A stretch of 64,000 bases of DNA from Candidatus Altimarinota bacterium (GCA_039809385.1 JBDHUY010000001.1:64001-128000); one strand, 5' to 3'; counted from the stretch's first letter, positions 51,511 to 62,412 are shown. The notes: generated from the letters alone by a model not told the origin. Translations and numbers: made by a program.

Positions 51511-52440
51511 CTACTCTGCAAGTTTTCCGGATTCAAGTACCGTTACCCACTGCACGCCTTCGATCCTCCGAAACCAGGTCCCCTGCCGCTTGGCATAATG
51601 TCGCGTATTTTGAGCGATCGAAGCTTTACACTCCCGGAAAGAAATCTCTCCGCGTAAATACGTAAGCACCTCCTTATACCCGATGCCGTTCATGGCGTGG
51701 GCTTTTTGATCATACCCTTTTTCCAAAAGGCTTCTTACTTCTTCCAGCAAACCTTTTTCAAACATTTCTTCCACCCGTTGATCAATTCTTTTATACAAAA
51801 CGTCTCGCGGAATATCGAGGCCGATAAAAAAGCAATCAAAGAGGGGCTTTTCTTTTTTGGCAATTTCGCTTTTACGACTCCCTTTCAATGCTATTTCCAA
51901 AGCTCGAACAAGATAGCGCTTCTGATTGGGATGGATTTTCTGAGCCTCAATTGGGTCCAACTGCCTCAACCTCTCATGCACAAAAAGATTGCCCTTTTCT
52001 TCCAATTCTTTTTCGAGGAGGGCGCGAAGCTCGTAATCGGGCAAGATTTCAGGAATCGTATAGTTGAAAGCTACCGCATTGATATAAAGCCCGGTACCTC
52101 CCACCAGAAACGGAATATGTTTCCTGGTCAAGATCTCATCAATCGTCCCCACAGCCATGTTCTTATACTCAGCCACCGTAAACACCTCGTCGGGATCTTT
52201 AAAACTTAGCAGATGATGCGGAATTCCGTTCATCTCAGCGGGTAAAACCTTATTCGTACCGATATCCATCTCGCGGTAGATCTGCCGGCTGTCGGCATTC
52301 ACGATCTCCCCCTTACATTCCCGGGCCAGCTTCAAAGAGAGCCCCGTTTTGCCAGCACCAGTAGGACCAAGGATAACGATCAGCGGACGGGAAGCAGCTT
52401 GCAAAAAAACGCGGAGATCTGGAAGGAGAGAGGAAAACAC
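51511..52440 (-). CDS. miaA: tRNA dimethylallyltransferase
   Basis: GPTGAGKT, DSRQIY...DIGT, VGGTGLY, IGYKE, YAKRQGTWF. Confidence 0.96.
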   Translation of the reverse strand: MFSSLLPDLRVFLQAASRPLIVILGPTGAGKTGLSLKLARECKGEIVNADSRQIYREMDIGTNKVLPAEMNGIPHHLLSFKDPDEVFTVAEYKNMAVGTIDEILTRKHIPFLVGGTGLYINAVAFNYTIPEILPDYELRALLEKELEEKGNLFVHERLRQLDPIEAQKIHPNQKRYLVRALEIALKGSRKSEIAKKEKPLFDCFFIGLDIPRDVLYKRIDQRVEEMFEKGLLEEVRSLLEKGYDQKAHAMNGIGYKEVLTYLRGEISFRECKASIAQNTRHYAKRQGTWFRRIEGVQWVTVLESGKLAE

Positions 52441-52616
52441 GGCGGGAAAAGAGTATTATGTATGAAGTATAAAGTATTACGTATGAGAGACAATGGATGA
52501 CTTATGAATGATGATTTATAATTGAGAGTAATTTCCACAAACATCCATGAATTTCCAAAGATTTCCCTTTCCCCGCTGATCGCTGACCGCTGTTTGCTGA
52601 AAGCTCCTGCCCCCGC

Positions 52617-53783
52617 CTATCCCATTCTCACCACCATCAGCACCGCCCCCGCCACTACCGGAATCAGCACATTGTCGTCGAGTTCGAATTTTCCAATCTT
52701 TAGATCCATACTCTCGACCAGCATCGCGACCGAGCTGGCCCAAAAAGCATAAGTGAGCGGCACAAAGAGACTAGCTCCCATAGTGGCAAAGAAGATACCC
52801 GAGAGCGTACCTTCCCAATTTTTACGCGGATTGTAGAAAATCTTTTTGCGACCAAAATAACGGCCGATAATATTGGTTACCGAATCGCCGAAGGCCAGTA
52901 CCAAAATACTAGCCGCCGCTATATTTTCACTAAAAAAGACAGTCGCCAGCCACGACCCCAGCAAAAAGCATAGTACGCCGCGAGCCGGGAAACGTTTCAA
53001 ATGTTTTTCGCGTTCAAAAAAAGCCAGTCCTTGATACAAAAAGGCCGGGAATTTGAAATACTTCAGAAATGCCACCAGACCGAAGGCTACGAGTAAGCCT
53101 ACACCCAGCAGTTCCGACGACAGAATATAGACCCTCAGCAGAAACACCAGAAACAGACCAAAGAAGCAATGTAAAACCTGCCGGCGGACTTCCAGATTTT
53201 CTTTCAGCAAAAGATTAAAACGCGAAAATACGCGGTATTTGTTCTCAAACCACAAAAAGAGGGTCGAGACTTCGTAGCCGATAAACGCCCCCAGGATAAC
53301 ATCCGAGAGAAAGTGCACATGCAGGTATACCCGCGCGAAAGCAATAATAAGCGCATACATGAGCCAGAGTCGCGCCGCCCATTTATTCTTGTAGGCAATC
53401 AGCGGCAATAGCGCAAAAACTGCGATAGCATGCTGACTGGGCAAACTGAACGTATATTCCGGAACCAGTACGTCTACGCCGTACTGTACAAAAGGACGCG
53501 GCACGTCGAAGATGTCTTTAAGCTGAATCCCAAGCCAATTAGCGACTCCAAAACTGAGCAAAAAAGGCAAAATAAACTCGGGTCGGTGATGCCATACGAC
53601 CGTTTCGACCGAAACCGCCAACAGGATCACCATAAATATAAAGGAGCACAAATAGGCAAAAAACAAAGCCAGCGTTGGATCGTTTATAAAGGTCATCAGA
53701 TCGAAAACCGCCCGATTGACAAAGTACGAAGCGATAAAAACCGACACCCATATCCCGAGACGATGATAAAAACGAAGTTTCAT
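52617..53783 (-). CDS. PAP2 phosphatase fused to a SEC59/DGK1/VTE5-type CTP-dependent polyprenol kinase
   Basis: KDIFDVPRP / PSQH / ARVYLHVHFLSDV, then EVRRQVLH, GDSVTNIIGRYFG, KNWEG, DDN. Confidence 0.82.
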   Translation of the reverse strand: MKLRFYHRLGIWVSVFIASYFVNRAVFDLMTFINDPTLALFFAYLCSFIFMVILLAVSVETVVWHHRPEFILPFLLSFGVANWLGIQLKDIFDVPRPFVQYGVDVLVPEYTFSLPSQHAIAVFALLPLIAYKNKWAARLWLMYALIIAFARVYLHVHFLSDVILGAFIGYEVSTLFLWFENKYRVFSRFNLLLKENLEVRRQVLHCFFGLFLVFLLRVYILSSELLGVGLLVAFGLVAFLKYFKFPAFLYQGLAFFEREKHLKRFPARGVLCFLLGSWLATVFFSENIAAASILVLAFGDSVTNIIGRYFGRKKIFYNPRKNWEGTLSGIFFATMGASLFVPLTYAFWASSVAMLVESMDLKIGKFELDDNVLIPVVAGAVLMVVRMG

Positions 53784-54073
53784 ACAAAAATGGCGCTAAT
53801 CAGACGCAGGATCAATTGAAACAGCAGTTCGAGACCGAAGAGTACCAGAATCGGGCTCAGATCGATCGGTCCCAGCGGCGGAATAACCCGGCGCACGATC
53901 CGGTACAGCGGATCGACCACCGAACGCAAAAAACGGTGAAACGGACTCGCCGAATGCGGACGAAACCAGGAGTACAGCACCGCCAACAGCACGCACCACT
54001 CAACCAGACCGAACAGCATTTGTAAGAAATAGACCAGGAAGATAGCGATCTGCATAAAAATATCAAATATCAA
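53780..54073 (-). CDS. yggT: YggT family membrane protein
   Basis: YSWF...VVDPLYRIVRRVIPPLGPIDLSPI. Confidence 0.88.
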   Translation of the reverse strand: MIFDIFMQIAIFLVYFLQMLFGLVEWCVLLAVLYSWFRPHSASPFHRFLRSVVDPLYRIVRRVIPPLGPIDLSPILVLFGLELLFQLILRLISAIFV

Positions 54074-54259
54074 AACTCAAATGCCAAAATAAACCCCAAC
54101 AGCAAAGTTCAAAAAGATTCGTAATTATATTTTAGCATTTATGTTTGGTCAGCGATAAGCCGTAGTTCTCAGTCGCAAAAATGCCCGTTCGGAACAATCA
54201 TACATTACAATTCACCTCTGCCACATACGTCATACGTTATACATAATACTTTATACTTT

Positions 54260-55297
54260 TCACTGGCTTTCGAATAACTTCAGGTTCGGATCCGGCAGTA
54301 CATTCCGCCACATAGTATACTCTTGCGGATGATCGCGGTACAAAAAATAGCCAAGGGCCGCGATCATAGCTCCGTTATCGGTCGAATACACGTTTTTTAC
54401 CGGAAATTTTACCGTAAATCCGAGCTCCTGCCCTCGTCGTTCGACCGTTTCCCGATAGAGTACATTGGCCGAGACGCCGCCGGCAATATGGACTTCGGAA
54501 GCATTATATTCACGAGCTGCTTGAAATAGTTTAGCCACCAGGACATCGATCACGGCCATCTGAAACGAAGCCGCCATATCGGCAACAAACTGCCCGGACA
54601 ACGAATCCGATTGGCGCAGTTCTTTTTCCACTACCCGTAACACTTCGGATTTTAGGCCGGAAAAGCTGAAATCATATGTACCGGGCAGCCAGGCCCGCGG
54701 CAAATCAATCGAGACAGCATTTCCCGAGAGCGCGCTTTTACTGATCAGAGGCCCCCCAGGATAACCCAGTCCTAAAATCCGCGCCACTTTGTCAAAAGCC
54801 TCGCCCGCCGCATCGTCGCGGGTTCTACCGATATGTTCGAAGGTCAGGTGACGAGGCATGTAGACCAACTCGTTATGACCTCCGGAAGCGGTAAGGATGA
54901 CCAGAGGAAAACGAATATCGGCATCGAGGCGCTCCAGCCAGTTGGCATAAATATGACCGCCGATATGATGAACCGGAATTATAGGGATATCCAATAACCA
55001 TGCTAAGGTCGATGCCACCAGATCCCCGACGAGCAGAGAACTGACCAGACCAGGACCGCGCGTTACGGCAATGGCATCAATACAGTCAAGAGACACCCCG
55101 GATGTTTCGCACAGATCACGGAGTACTGGCAGAATGCTATTTACGTGTTCACGGGCGGCTAATTCCGGAACTACCCCGCCGGTGAGGTTGTGCATCTCGA
55201 TCTGGGACGCCGTTCTCATACCTACAACTCGGGTTCCATCCTCAACCAATGCCAGGCTCGTATCGTCGCACGAAGTTTCAATGCCGAGAAAAAGCAT
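54260..55297 (-). CDS. tsaD: tRNA N6-adenosine threonylcarbamoyltransferase
   Basis: LGIETSCDDT, GGVVPELAAREH, SGGH, DDAAGEAFDK, TDNGAMIA. Confidence 0.96.
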   Translation of the reverse strand: MLFLGIETSCDDTSLALVEDGTRVVGMRTASQIEMHNLTGGVVPELAAREHVNSILPVLRDLCETSGVSLDCIDAIAVTRGPGLVSSLLVGDLVASTLAWLLDIPIIPVHHIGGHIYANWLERLDADIRFPLVILTASGGHNELVYMPRHLTFEHIGRTRDDAAGEAFDKVARILGLGYPGGPLISKSALSGNAVSIDLPRAWLPGTYDFSFSGLKSEVLRVVEKELRQSDSLSGQFVADMAASFQMAVIDVLVAKLFQAAREYNASEVHIAGGVSANVLYRETVERRGQELGFTVKFPVKNVYSTDNGAMIAALGYFLYRDHPQEYTMWRNVLPDPNLKLFESQ

Positions 55298-55534
55298 GGG
55301 GAAAGGACAAGGAGTATAAAGTATTATGTAGAATGTATGAAGTATGGAACTTTCATTCTCCGAATCATGAAGCATCAATCAAGGAAGAGACTTTTGCCCC
55401 TTAACCGTTAACTATTGACGATCTAATGTATTGATGAATTTTTTGTCAAAAATAAAAGATCATTCGGTAAAGATGGATAGTCTCTTTCTTCTCTAATAAG
55501 CTGTTCGCTGATCGCTGTAAGCTGTTTGCTCTCC

Positions 55535-55609
55535 TGGTGCCCCCGCCGGGAATCGAACCCGGAATTACAGTTTAGGAAACCGTCGTTATATCCATTTAAC
55601 TACGGGGAC
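55535..55609 (-). tRNA. tRNA-Arg (anticodon CCT)
   Basis: GTCCCCG...ACGGT-TTCCTAA-ACTGT...GGTTCGATTCC...CGGGGGC-A-CCA cloverleaf. Confidence 0.95.
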
Positions 55610-55788
55610 GGAGAAGTAGCGAAAGAGAGTATATAAAAAGAAGAGGCGGTTTGAAAGCGTTTTAGAAGAAAGTATAACGTATTAGGTAGAATGTATCACG
55701 TATAGGAAATGTTTTTATGATGTAGAACTTATGATTGATAATCGCTAACTTCCCTAGCTTCTAACTCGTGACCTCTAACCCCTGCTCT

Positions 55789-55909
55789 AGGCAGATACAT
55801 AGGTTTCTTCACTACATTTACAGATACCTGGGGATACCCGTTTTATAGACTTTATGAACTTTATGGACTTTCGGCTGGTTCTGGGGCAGAAACGCGTGTC
55901 TGTCCCTAC
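55789..55909 (-). repeat. two degenerate GTAG REP-like units flanking a 9-mer array
   Basis: rc GTAGGGACAGACACGCGTTTCTGCCCC and GTAGTGAAGAAACCTATGTATCTGCC, similar to 28315-28340. Confidence 0.55.
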
Positions 55910-55969
55910 TTTGCTATTGGCTAACTGATCAAAACCTCTATAATAGGCCTGTTACATCCTCTAGGTACA

Positions 55970-57337
55970 TTGTTCATGCTTCCCAACGAATCACCGCCGG
56001 GATTACCAAACCAACCCCTGAGCGTTACCAAGCAACCCGAAAACGACGAGCAGCGACTACAGGCCGAAGATATAAAAATCAGCTACGTCGAGAACCTGGG
56101 AATTATCAGCTACCTCACCAAAGCGATTGAAGACGCCATGATCAAACGCGTCGGCATTCTGAAATTTCCGCTCCTCCTGATCGATATTCCGCTCATTCTG
56201 GCCGTACTGATCGTCAATCTGGAACGAATCGTCTATACCTACGTGATCGAATATTTGGTAGCCCACATCAAGTTTGACATAGCAATTATCACCAACGGAA
56301 TTAAGAAAGTTTTTAATATCGGACAGAATCCGGTATACAGCGAAGACGACGAAGAGGAAATTTATGAAGAGACACCTTCGGGCAAGGCGTTTCAGACGAT
56401 CCGCTACATTTTGCGATTTCTGTGGGGGGTGCTGATATTGGGGATCTTTTTGCCGGTCTGGCCCTTGATCCTGCTCTACAATATATTTATCGAACTCTTC
56501 CTGATCGGATTCTTGTACTATATTTTCATTACCTACCATTTTCCGGACTGGTGGGGCGGCCTGTTGTCCTATACCATTTTTGCGACAGTAACGTTCATCA
56601 TCGCCAGTATCTCGGTCCCGGCTTTTTTACGCACCTTTACCTACCTGAAATATCTTTTTTCGATCGAACGAAAGAGCTGGCGGGAGATCAACAACGAAGC
56701 AAAGCTGGCGTTTTTGAGTATCTACCTGCGTATCCAAAATAACAAACTCGACGTACTTGGACGACTCGGGTCGCGCTACGAGCCGGTAGAAAAAGTGGAA
56801 GGAGGTCTCTATTATCTGTTCCTGAAAACCATCTACGGGGTCAAGGACCGGGTATTCGATTTACGCAAAAAACGCGTGAAACAATTAATGGGAGATCTCG
56901 ACCAGACGGTCAAATCCGCTCAGGGAGAATTGAGTAACGAGTTGGAAACTTATGAAAAAACAGTTTCGCTGATGACTCCCAGCGAGCTGTTTAAAACGGC
57001 ACTTGCTTTGATTCTCACTTTCGCGTTATCGGCCCTGTTATTACTACGGGGTTCCAGCGGAGAAGGAATTACCGCACCGATTATCTTTTCCTTTCTCGAT
57101 CAAGCACGGGGGCTTAGTATGTGGATCAACTATCAAGGAAGCAACTTGGGTTACTATGAATTTCTGGCACAAAAAGCCGGATTTCTACCAGAGATATTGC
57201 GTTACGCGGCAATCGGACTGGACACGATCCTGCACTATTTTTTCCAAGCCTATTATTATGTTCTTCCGGTATATTTGAAATTTTTTACCGACTATTACCT
57301 GTTCTATTTTAGCAATATCATTGCCAGAATCGTATAA
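55970..57337 (+). CDS. multi-pass membrane hypothetical protein (start likely 55976)
   Basis: Several hydrophobic segments, about 455 aa. Confidence 0.75.
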   Translation: MFMLPNESPPGLPNQPLSVTKQPENDEQRLQAEDIKISYVENLGIISYLTKAIEDAMIKRVGILKFPLLLIDIPLILAVLIVNLERIVYTYVIEYLVAHIKFDIAIITNGIKKVFNIGQNPVYSEDDEEEIYEETPSGKAFQTIRYILRFLWGVLILGIFLPVWPLILLYNIFIELFLIGFLYYIFITYHFPDWWGGLLSYTIFATVTFIIASISVPAFLRTFTYLKYLFSIERKSWREINNEAKLAFLSIYLRIQNNKLDVLGRLGSRYEPVEKVEGGLYYLFLKTIYGVKDRVFDLRKKRVKQLMGDLDQTVKSAQGELSNELETYEKTVSLMTPSELFKTALALILTFALSALLLLRGSSGEGITAPIIFSFLDQARGLSMWINYQGSNLGYYEFLAQKAGFLPEILRYAAIGLDTILHYFFQAYYYVLPVYLKFFTDYYLFYFSNIIARIV

Positions 57338-57345
57338 TTTTCCGC

Positions 57346-57386
57346 TTGACGTCTCGTTTTTAGCACTCTATAATTAAGGGTGCTAA
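57346..57386 (+). promoter_or_regulatory. dnaK promoter with CIRCE (HrcA operator)
   Basis: TTGACG-N17-TATAAT; TTAGCACTC-N9-GGGTGCTAA at 57360-57386 (1 mismatch to consensus). Confidence 0.9.
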
Positions 57387-57477
57387 CTGTATTGAGCAGG
57401 GAAAAGGCTAATACTGAAGTATATAGGACATGCCTCCGCTCGATAATCTCGGTTATTTGTATTTTTTACATAATCTT

Positions 57478-59400
57478 ATGAGTACCGTATTAGGCATAGA
57501 CCTTGGAACAACTTTTTCCTGTATGGCGGTAATGAAAGGCGGCGAGCCAATTGTTATCCCCAATGCGGAAGGCGACCGAACAACTCCGTCGGTCGTGGCC
57601 ATCAAAGACGGCGAGACTCTAGTCGGCGTGATTGCCAAACGTCAGGCCGTGACCAATCCCAGAAACACGATTTATTCGGCCAAGCGCTTTATCGGGCGAC
57701 TGCACGACGAAGTTCAGGAAGAAATTAAATCGGTCCCCTACGAAGTCGTACGGGGCAAAAACGGCGAGGCAATGATTATGCTCGATGAAAAAACCAGACA
57801 GCCTGCCGAAATAGCGGCCATGGTCTTGCAGAAGTTGAAAGCCGACGCCGAAGCCTATCTGGGAGAAAAAATCACCCAGGCCGTCATTACCTGCCCAGCC
57901 TATTTTAACGATTCCCAGCGCCAGGCTACGAAAGACGCCGGAAAAATTGCCGGACTCGAAGTGTTGCGGATTATCAACGAGCCGACCGCTTCGGCCTTAG
58001 CCTACGGCTTGAGCAAGAAAAAAGACGAAAAGATCGCCGTGTACGATTTCGGAGGAGGAACCTTCGATATTTCGATTCTCGAGATCAGCAGCGAAGGAAC
58101 CTTTGAAGTACTGGCTACCAACGGAGACACGCACCTGGGCGGTGACGACTTTGACAAACAGATCATGGACTGGCTGATCGCCGAATTTAAAAAAGACCAG
58201 GGCATTGACTTGTCGCAAGACCAGTTTGCTCTGCAGCGCCTGAAAGAAGAATCGGAAAAAGCCAAGCGCGAACTCTCGGCCAAAGCCGAAGTCGAAATCA
58301 ATATTCCGTTCATTACCGCGGATAAATCGGGACAGCCAAAACATTTAAATCTCAAGCTGTCGCGCGCCAAATTCGAGCAACTGATCGAGGATCTGGTACA
58401 GCGCTCGATTGAGCCGTGCAAAAAAGCGCTTTCTGACGCAAAGTTGTCGGCTTCTGAAGTAGATGAAGTCATCCTGGTCGGAGGTTCTACCCGCGTACCG
58501 CTGGTCCAGCAGAAGGTCAAAGAGATCTTCGGCAAAGACCCCAGCAAGGGCGTGAACCCGGACGAAGCTGTCGGTGTGGGCGCCGCGATCCAGGGAGCCA
58601 TCATTCAGGGAGACGTAAAAGACGTGCTCTTGCTCGACGTTACTCCACTCTCCTTGGGCATAGAAACACTGGGAGGAGTAGCCACCAAAGTTATTCCGAG
58701 AAACACCACGGTTCCCACCAGTAAATCGCAGGTTTTTTCGACCGCGGCCGACAACCAGTCGTCGGTCGAAATTCATATCGTGCAGGGAGAACGCGAAATG
58801 GCTTCGGACAACAAATCGCTCGGTAAATTCATGCTCGACGGCATTCCGCCGGCCCCGCGCGGTATTCCTCAGGTAGAAGTCACTTTTGATATCGATGCCA
58901 ACGGCATTCTGAATGTATCCGCCAAAGACAAAGCCACCAACAAAGAACAGCGCATCACCATCCAGGGATCGAGCGGTATGAGCAAAGATGATATCGAAAA
59001 ACTGGCAAAAGAGGCCGAATTGCACGCCGAAGAAGACAAAAAGAAAAAGGAAAAGATCGAAGCCCGCAACATGGCCGACACTCTTATTTACCAATCAGAA
59101 AAAACGCTGAAAGAATCAGGCGACAAAGTCGACGCTGCTCTGAAAAAAGATGCCGAAGACAAAACCGAAGAATTAAAGAAGATCATTGCCAACGAGCAAT
59201 CGAGCAAAGAAGAGATCGAAAAAGGCACGCAAGTACTGTCCGAATCGATTCAAAAAGTCGGCGCGGCCATGTACCAGCAAGCCCAGAATCAGAATCCGGG
59301 AGATAACGCCTCGGACTCTTCTGGACAGGAAACCGGCAATGACAAAAAAGATGAGGGGAATGTCGTAGAAGGCGAATATACCGATCCGGATAAGAAATAA
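57478..59400 (+). CDS. dnaK: chaperone DnaK
   Basis: [40 protein letters not shown]; start set at MSTVLG. Confidence 0.98.
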   Translation: MSTVLGIDLGTTFSCMAVMKGGEPIVIPNAEGDRTTPSVVAIKDGETLVGVIAKRQAVTNPRNTIYSAKRFIGRLHDEVQEEIKSVPYEVVRGKNGEAMIMLDEKTRQPAEIAAMVLQKLKADAEAYLGEKITQAVITCPAYFNDSQRQATKDAGKIAGLEVLRIINEPTASALAYGLSKKKDEKIAVYDFGGGTFDISILEISSEGTFEVLATNGDTHLGGDDFDKQIMDWLIAEFKKDQGIDLSQDQFALQRLKEESEKAKRELSAKAEVEINIPFITADKSGQPKHLNLKLSRAKFEQLIEDLVQRSIEPCKKALSDAKLSASEVDEVILVGGSTRVPLVQQKVKEIFGKDPSKGVNPDEAVGVGAAIQGAIIQGDVKDVLLLDVTPLSLGIETLGGVATKVIPRNTTVPTSKSQVFSTAADNQSSVEIHIVQGEREMASDNKSLGKFMLDGIPPAPRGIPQVEVTFDIDANGILNVSAKDKATNKEQRITIQGSSGMSKDDIEKLAKEAELHAEEDKKKKEKIEARNMADTLIYQSEKTLKESGDKVDAALKKDAEDKTEELKKIIANEQSSKEEIEKGTQVLSESIQKVGAAMYQQAQNQNPGDNASDSSGQETGNDKKDEGNVVEGEYTDPDKK

Positions 59401-59608
59401 GCGGATAGGCAGCAGTACATACCGAGTGAAAAATGCAAAATGTAAAGTGAAAAATTGAAGACAATACGTTTGGCAGTTTTCGATCATTTATTGAAAACAG
59501 GAACTTCTATCTTCTGAACCCTTGTTTTACTGTAAGCTGTCTGCTCTTAGCTTCAGCCCTCACTCCATTCTAAAGCTTGCCCCTGCCTTACTGTAAACTG
59601 TCAGCTGT

Positions 59609-60178
59609 ATGTGCTCTGCCTCTCCCGACTCCCCTCTCCGATCTCCTAACTCCCCTCCGGTGCCGCACATTGCGCTTATTCAAGGCAGTCTGAGTCCTAA
59701 CTCGAAAACCAGCCTGGTGATCGAGGAGGCCCGGCAGGTATTGGCAGACAAAAAAATCGACTACACGCTGATCGATCTGAGAAAGATCGACATGCAGTTT
59801 TGCGACGGTCGCGATATCAAAGAATATAATGAGGATATGCAACGCACCTACCGGGAACTGGAGAACTGTAGCGGCTATATTTTCGGTATGCCGGTATACC
59901 AATATTCGGTTGCAGGCCCGTTAAAAAACTTCATCGACATCATGGCCGGAGCGATGGACTACAAAGTCGCCGGCATCCTGTGTAATTCAGGCGGCGTTCG
60001 TTCGTACCTGGCCAGCGCCGATTTGATGAAAAGTCTTTCGTTCGAGTCCTACGTGGTTACGGTACAACCCACGGTCCATACCTGGGCCGAAGATTTCGAA
60101 AACAACAAAATCAAAAATCCCAAAGTCCGCGAAAAAATCAGCGAAATGGTCGATGCGATGATGAAGTTAGTGAAATAA
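59609..60178 (+). CDS. NADPH-dependent FMN reductase (flavodoxin fold)
   Basis: IQGSLSPNSKT, PVYQYSVAGPLKNFID. Confidence 0.88.
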   Translation: MCSASPDSPLRSPNSPPVPHIALIQGSLSPNSKTSLVIEEARQVLADKKIDYTLIDLRKIDMQFCDGRDIKEYNEDMQRTYRELENCSGYIFGMPVYQYSVAGPLKNFIDIMAGAMDYKVAGILCNSGGVRSYLASADLMKSLSFESYVVTVQPTVHTWAEDFENNKIKNPKVREKISEMVDAMMKLVK

Positions 60179-60266
60179 CCGAGATGTAATATTTTTCTTA
60201 CGTTTGGGCGTTGACTTGACTCCCGCAAATTCTGGAATAGTATTGATTCCTAAATTGCTTCTATCT

Positions 60267-60421
60267 ATGGACTTCGGAACGAGCAAGAATGGCTATATTG
60301 CTGAACAATTGATCTCGTTCTGGCAGGGATTAATGCATTGCACCAACGTGTTATACGATTAGAAGATGATATGAGTTTTCTCAAAGAAGCCCTTCACGTG
60401 TTCAGTTTTTCAATAGCCTGA
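60267..60421 (+). pseudogene. frameshifted paralog of the 24808 coiled-coil gene
   Basis: Fragments TSERARMAILL and DLVLAGINALHQRVIRLEDDMSFLKE in different frames; start context tctatg-act shared with 24805. Confidence 0.4.
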
Positions 60422-60731
60422 AACCTCTCGTTTCGTTGATTGAAAGGTATTTTGTGACAGACAAGAAATAAAGGGAGTATGTTTTGAAAACATGATCCCA
60501 CTGCAAAATCATCACATGCTATAAAAGCTTTCTCTTAAAAGAGCAGGTTGATTAGGTCTGTTCTGTTTTAAGACGGTGTTTAAAAAGTCTTCAAGCATGG
60601 GATCCATCATTCCAGCATCAAAAGCAGCCCCTTTGGGCCTTGTCTTAATACTCCACTCTCTCCTCTTGATCTCTCTCTATTACTGTTAGCTGCAGGCTGC
60701 AGCCTGTGAGCTGTAGGCTGTGAGCTGTGAG

Positions 60732-61241
60732 CTAAGGTGATAGCTCTACATAAAACTTGCCCTCCTGCGAAGCCGAGAAGCCCTCTTTGCTGGAGAATCC
60801 CAGGTTAGAAGCATTGCCTTTGGCGGGGTTTTCCATCTTGGCCGCTATCACGAAACCGTTATCCGGAATGTCGTTGGAAGACAGAGAACGGTAATAAAAA
60901 TAGCCCGGCTCGTTACATCCCTCGCCGACGACGTTTTTGCCGTTCGGATCGGCCGGGAAGCGATTGGCGTCCAAATATTTGCCGCTGATCAAAGCCTGTC
61001 CTACTGTTGAATTGGGACTCAGGCATCCGCCGCTGGGGGAAGATGGATAATCCTGATTATCGCTCTTGTACTGGATGAGGGCGGTAACGATATTTTTCAA
61101 TTCGGCTTTGCGGGCATCGTCCGAGGCCCGGCCCAGCGCTCCCAGCAATTTAGGAAATAGGGCTACAGCCAGAATACCGATAATCACGACAACCAGCATA
61201 ATTTCGATCAATGTAAATGCTTTTTTGGTGGAAGAAGTCAT
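60732..61241 (-). CDS. type IV pilin / GspG-like pseudopilin
   Basis: KKAFTLIEIMLVVVIIGIL prepilin motif; ARKAELKNIVTALIQY...YP...DP. Confidence 0.92.
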   Translation of the reverse strand: MTSSTKKAFTLIEIMLVVVIIGILAVALFPKLLGALGRASDDARKAELKNIVTALIQYKSDNQDYPSSPSGGCLSPNSTVGQALISGKYLDANRFPADPNGKNVVGEGCNEPGYFYYRSLSSNDIPDNGFVIAAKMENPAKGNASNLGFSSKEGFSASQEGKFYVELSP

Positions 61242-61336
61242 ATGAAAAAGAGAAAAGTAAAGAGATGGATATTTTATGGCAAAGGCCTAAAGAGTGTACT
61301 TATTCAGATAAGCAAAAGCAAGACCGGTCAGGTCGT

Positions 61337-62200
61337 CTAGTTGCCATATTCGCAACTATTGTTTTCCGTTTCGGGAAATGCCGGAATAACTCCGTTCGCT
61401 CTTTTTATAGTAAGCTCGGCGTCATCAAAGTTCACCATACAATCGCGGTTGGTGTCGGAGAGCGATTCCAGAGTAGCCTGGGTCAAACTGATATCGTCAA
61501 AAACTCCCTGGGTCTGCATGGCGACCAGATAGGCCGGCCAATTCTGAAAATATTTATACATGACGATCGCATAGGCGTCATCACTTGCAATACGCCCGTC
61601 ACGATTAACATCCCCTATGGGGTTTTCGGGATCGACCGCCACTCCCGGGGCATGGGAGGCAGCGGCGCCGGAAGCCGCGGAATTGACAGAACGGGTATTG
61701 ACGGTTAAAGCATTGCTGACCTCCTGCAACCCGTTCTCTCCATCCTGTTTCAACACTCCAAACGTATAACGAGTGTTCGGCTGCAGTTCTGTAGCGATAA
61801 CCCGTTTCGAGTCGTTTACATTTTCGGTGATACCGGTATGGTCCGCATGTATATCTTCAAACAGGTTCCACGATTCGATCATCTGCCGGGTCGTCAGTTC
61901 TCCGGTATAGTATTTGATATCATAACCGACCTGTCCGGTGTAGGATCCCGCCGGCGGTGCGGGTTCGTCCCACAACAGTTCTACATTTCGATTACCCACT
62001 TGGCCCGCCGACAGATTGAGCGTATCTTGCGAAATATTGATGAGATCTGATTTCAAGCGCGAACCGGTATCGTTGACATAGCCGACCACCAGCACCGAGA
62101 CAATGAAGATCCCGGCAGCCAGCAGCAGATTAAGCCGGTGTTCTTGCCAGAAAGAAGCGGGTGGAATCGTATTTTTGGGAATGTTTTGAGACATATCCAT
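61337..62200 (-). CDS. membrane-anchored fn3 plus dockerin-like protein
   Basis: N-terminal TM; ELQPNTRYTFGV; GDVNRDGRIASDD and DTNRDCMVNFDD EF-hand-like pair. Confidence 0.75.
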   Translation of the reverse strand: MDMSQNIPKNTIPPASFWQEHRLNLLLAAGIFIVSVLVVGYVNDTGSRLKSDLINISQDTLNLSAGQVGNRNVELLWDEPAPPAGSYTGQVGYDIKYYTGELTTRQMIESWNLFEDIHADHTGITENVNDSKRVIATELQPNTRYTFGVLKQDGENGLQEVSNALTVNTRSVNSAASGAAASHAPGVAVDPENPIGDVNRDGRIASDDAYAIVMYKYFQNWPAYLVAMQTQGVFDDISLTQATLESLSDTNRDCMVNFDDAELTIKRANGVIPAFPETENNSCEYGN

Positions 62201-62268
62201 TTTGTTTGTTTCTCATTATTATACTCCAAATGCGTCAAATGCGCGAACGATATTTTTTTTGAAAATTA

Positions 62269-62297
62269 TTGCAATTTTTATATTTCAAGAGTAACGT
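62269..62297 (+). promoter_or_regulatory. candidate sigma70 promoter for the leader-kinase transcript
   Basis: TTGCAA-N17-TAACGT. Confidence 0.5.
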
Positions 62298-62316
62298 TTA
62301 AGAGAACATTGAATTT

Positions 62317-62412
62317 ATGAAAAACACATCCCTCCTTTCCGCCAACTTTTTTGGATACTACTTCTACTTCTTTTTTACGAAGAGGGGTTTTTGTTACGCG
62401 GATCAAGGATAG
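62317..62412 (+). CDS. Phe/Tyr-rich attenuator leader peptide (31 aa, not in ORF track)
   Basis: MKNTSLLSANFFGYYFYFFFTKRGFCYADQG*; 9 of 10 consecutive codons are Phe or Tyr. Confidence 0.8.
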   Translation: MKNTSLLSANFFGYYFYFFFTKRGFCYADQG

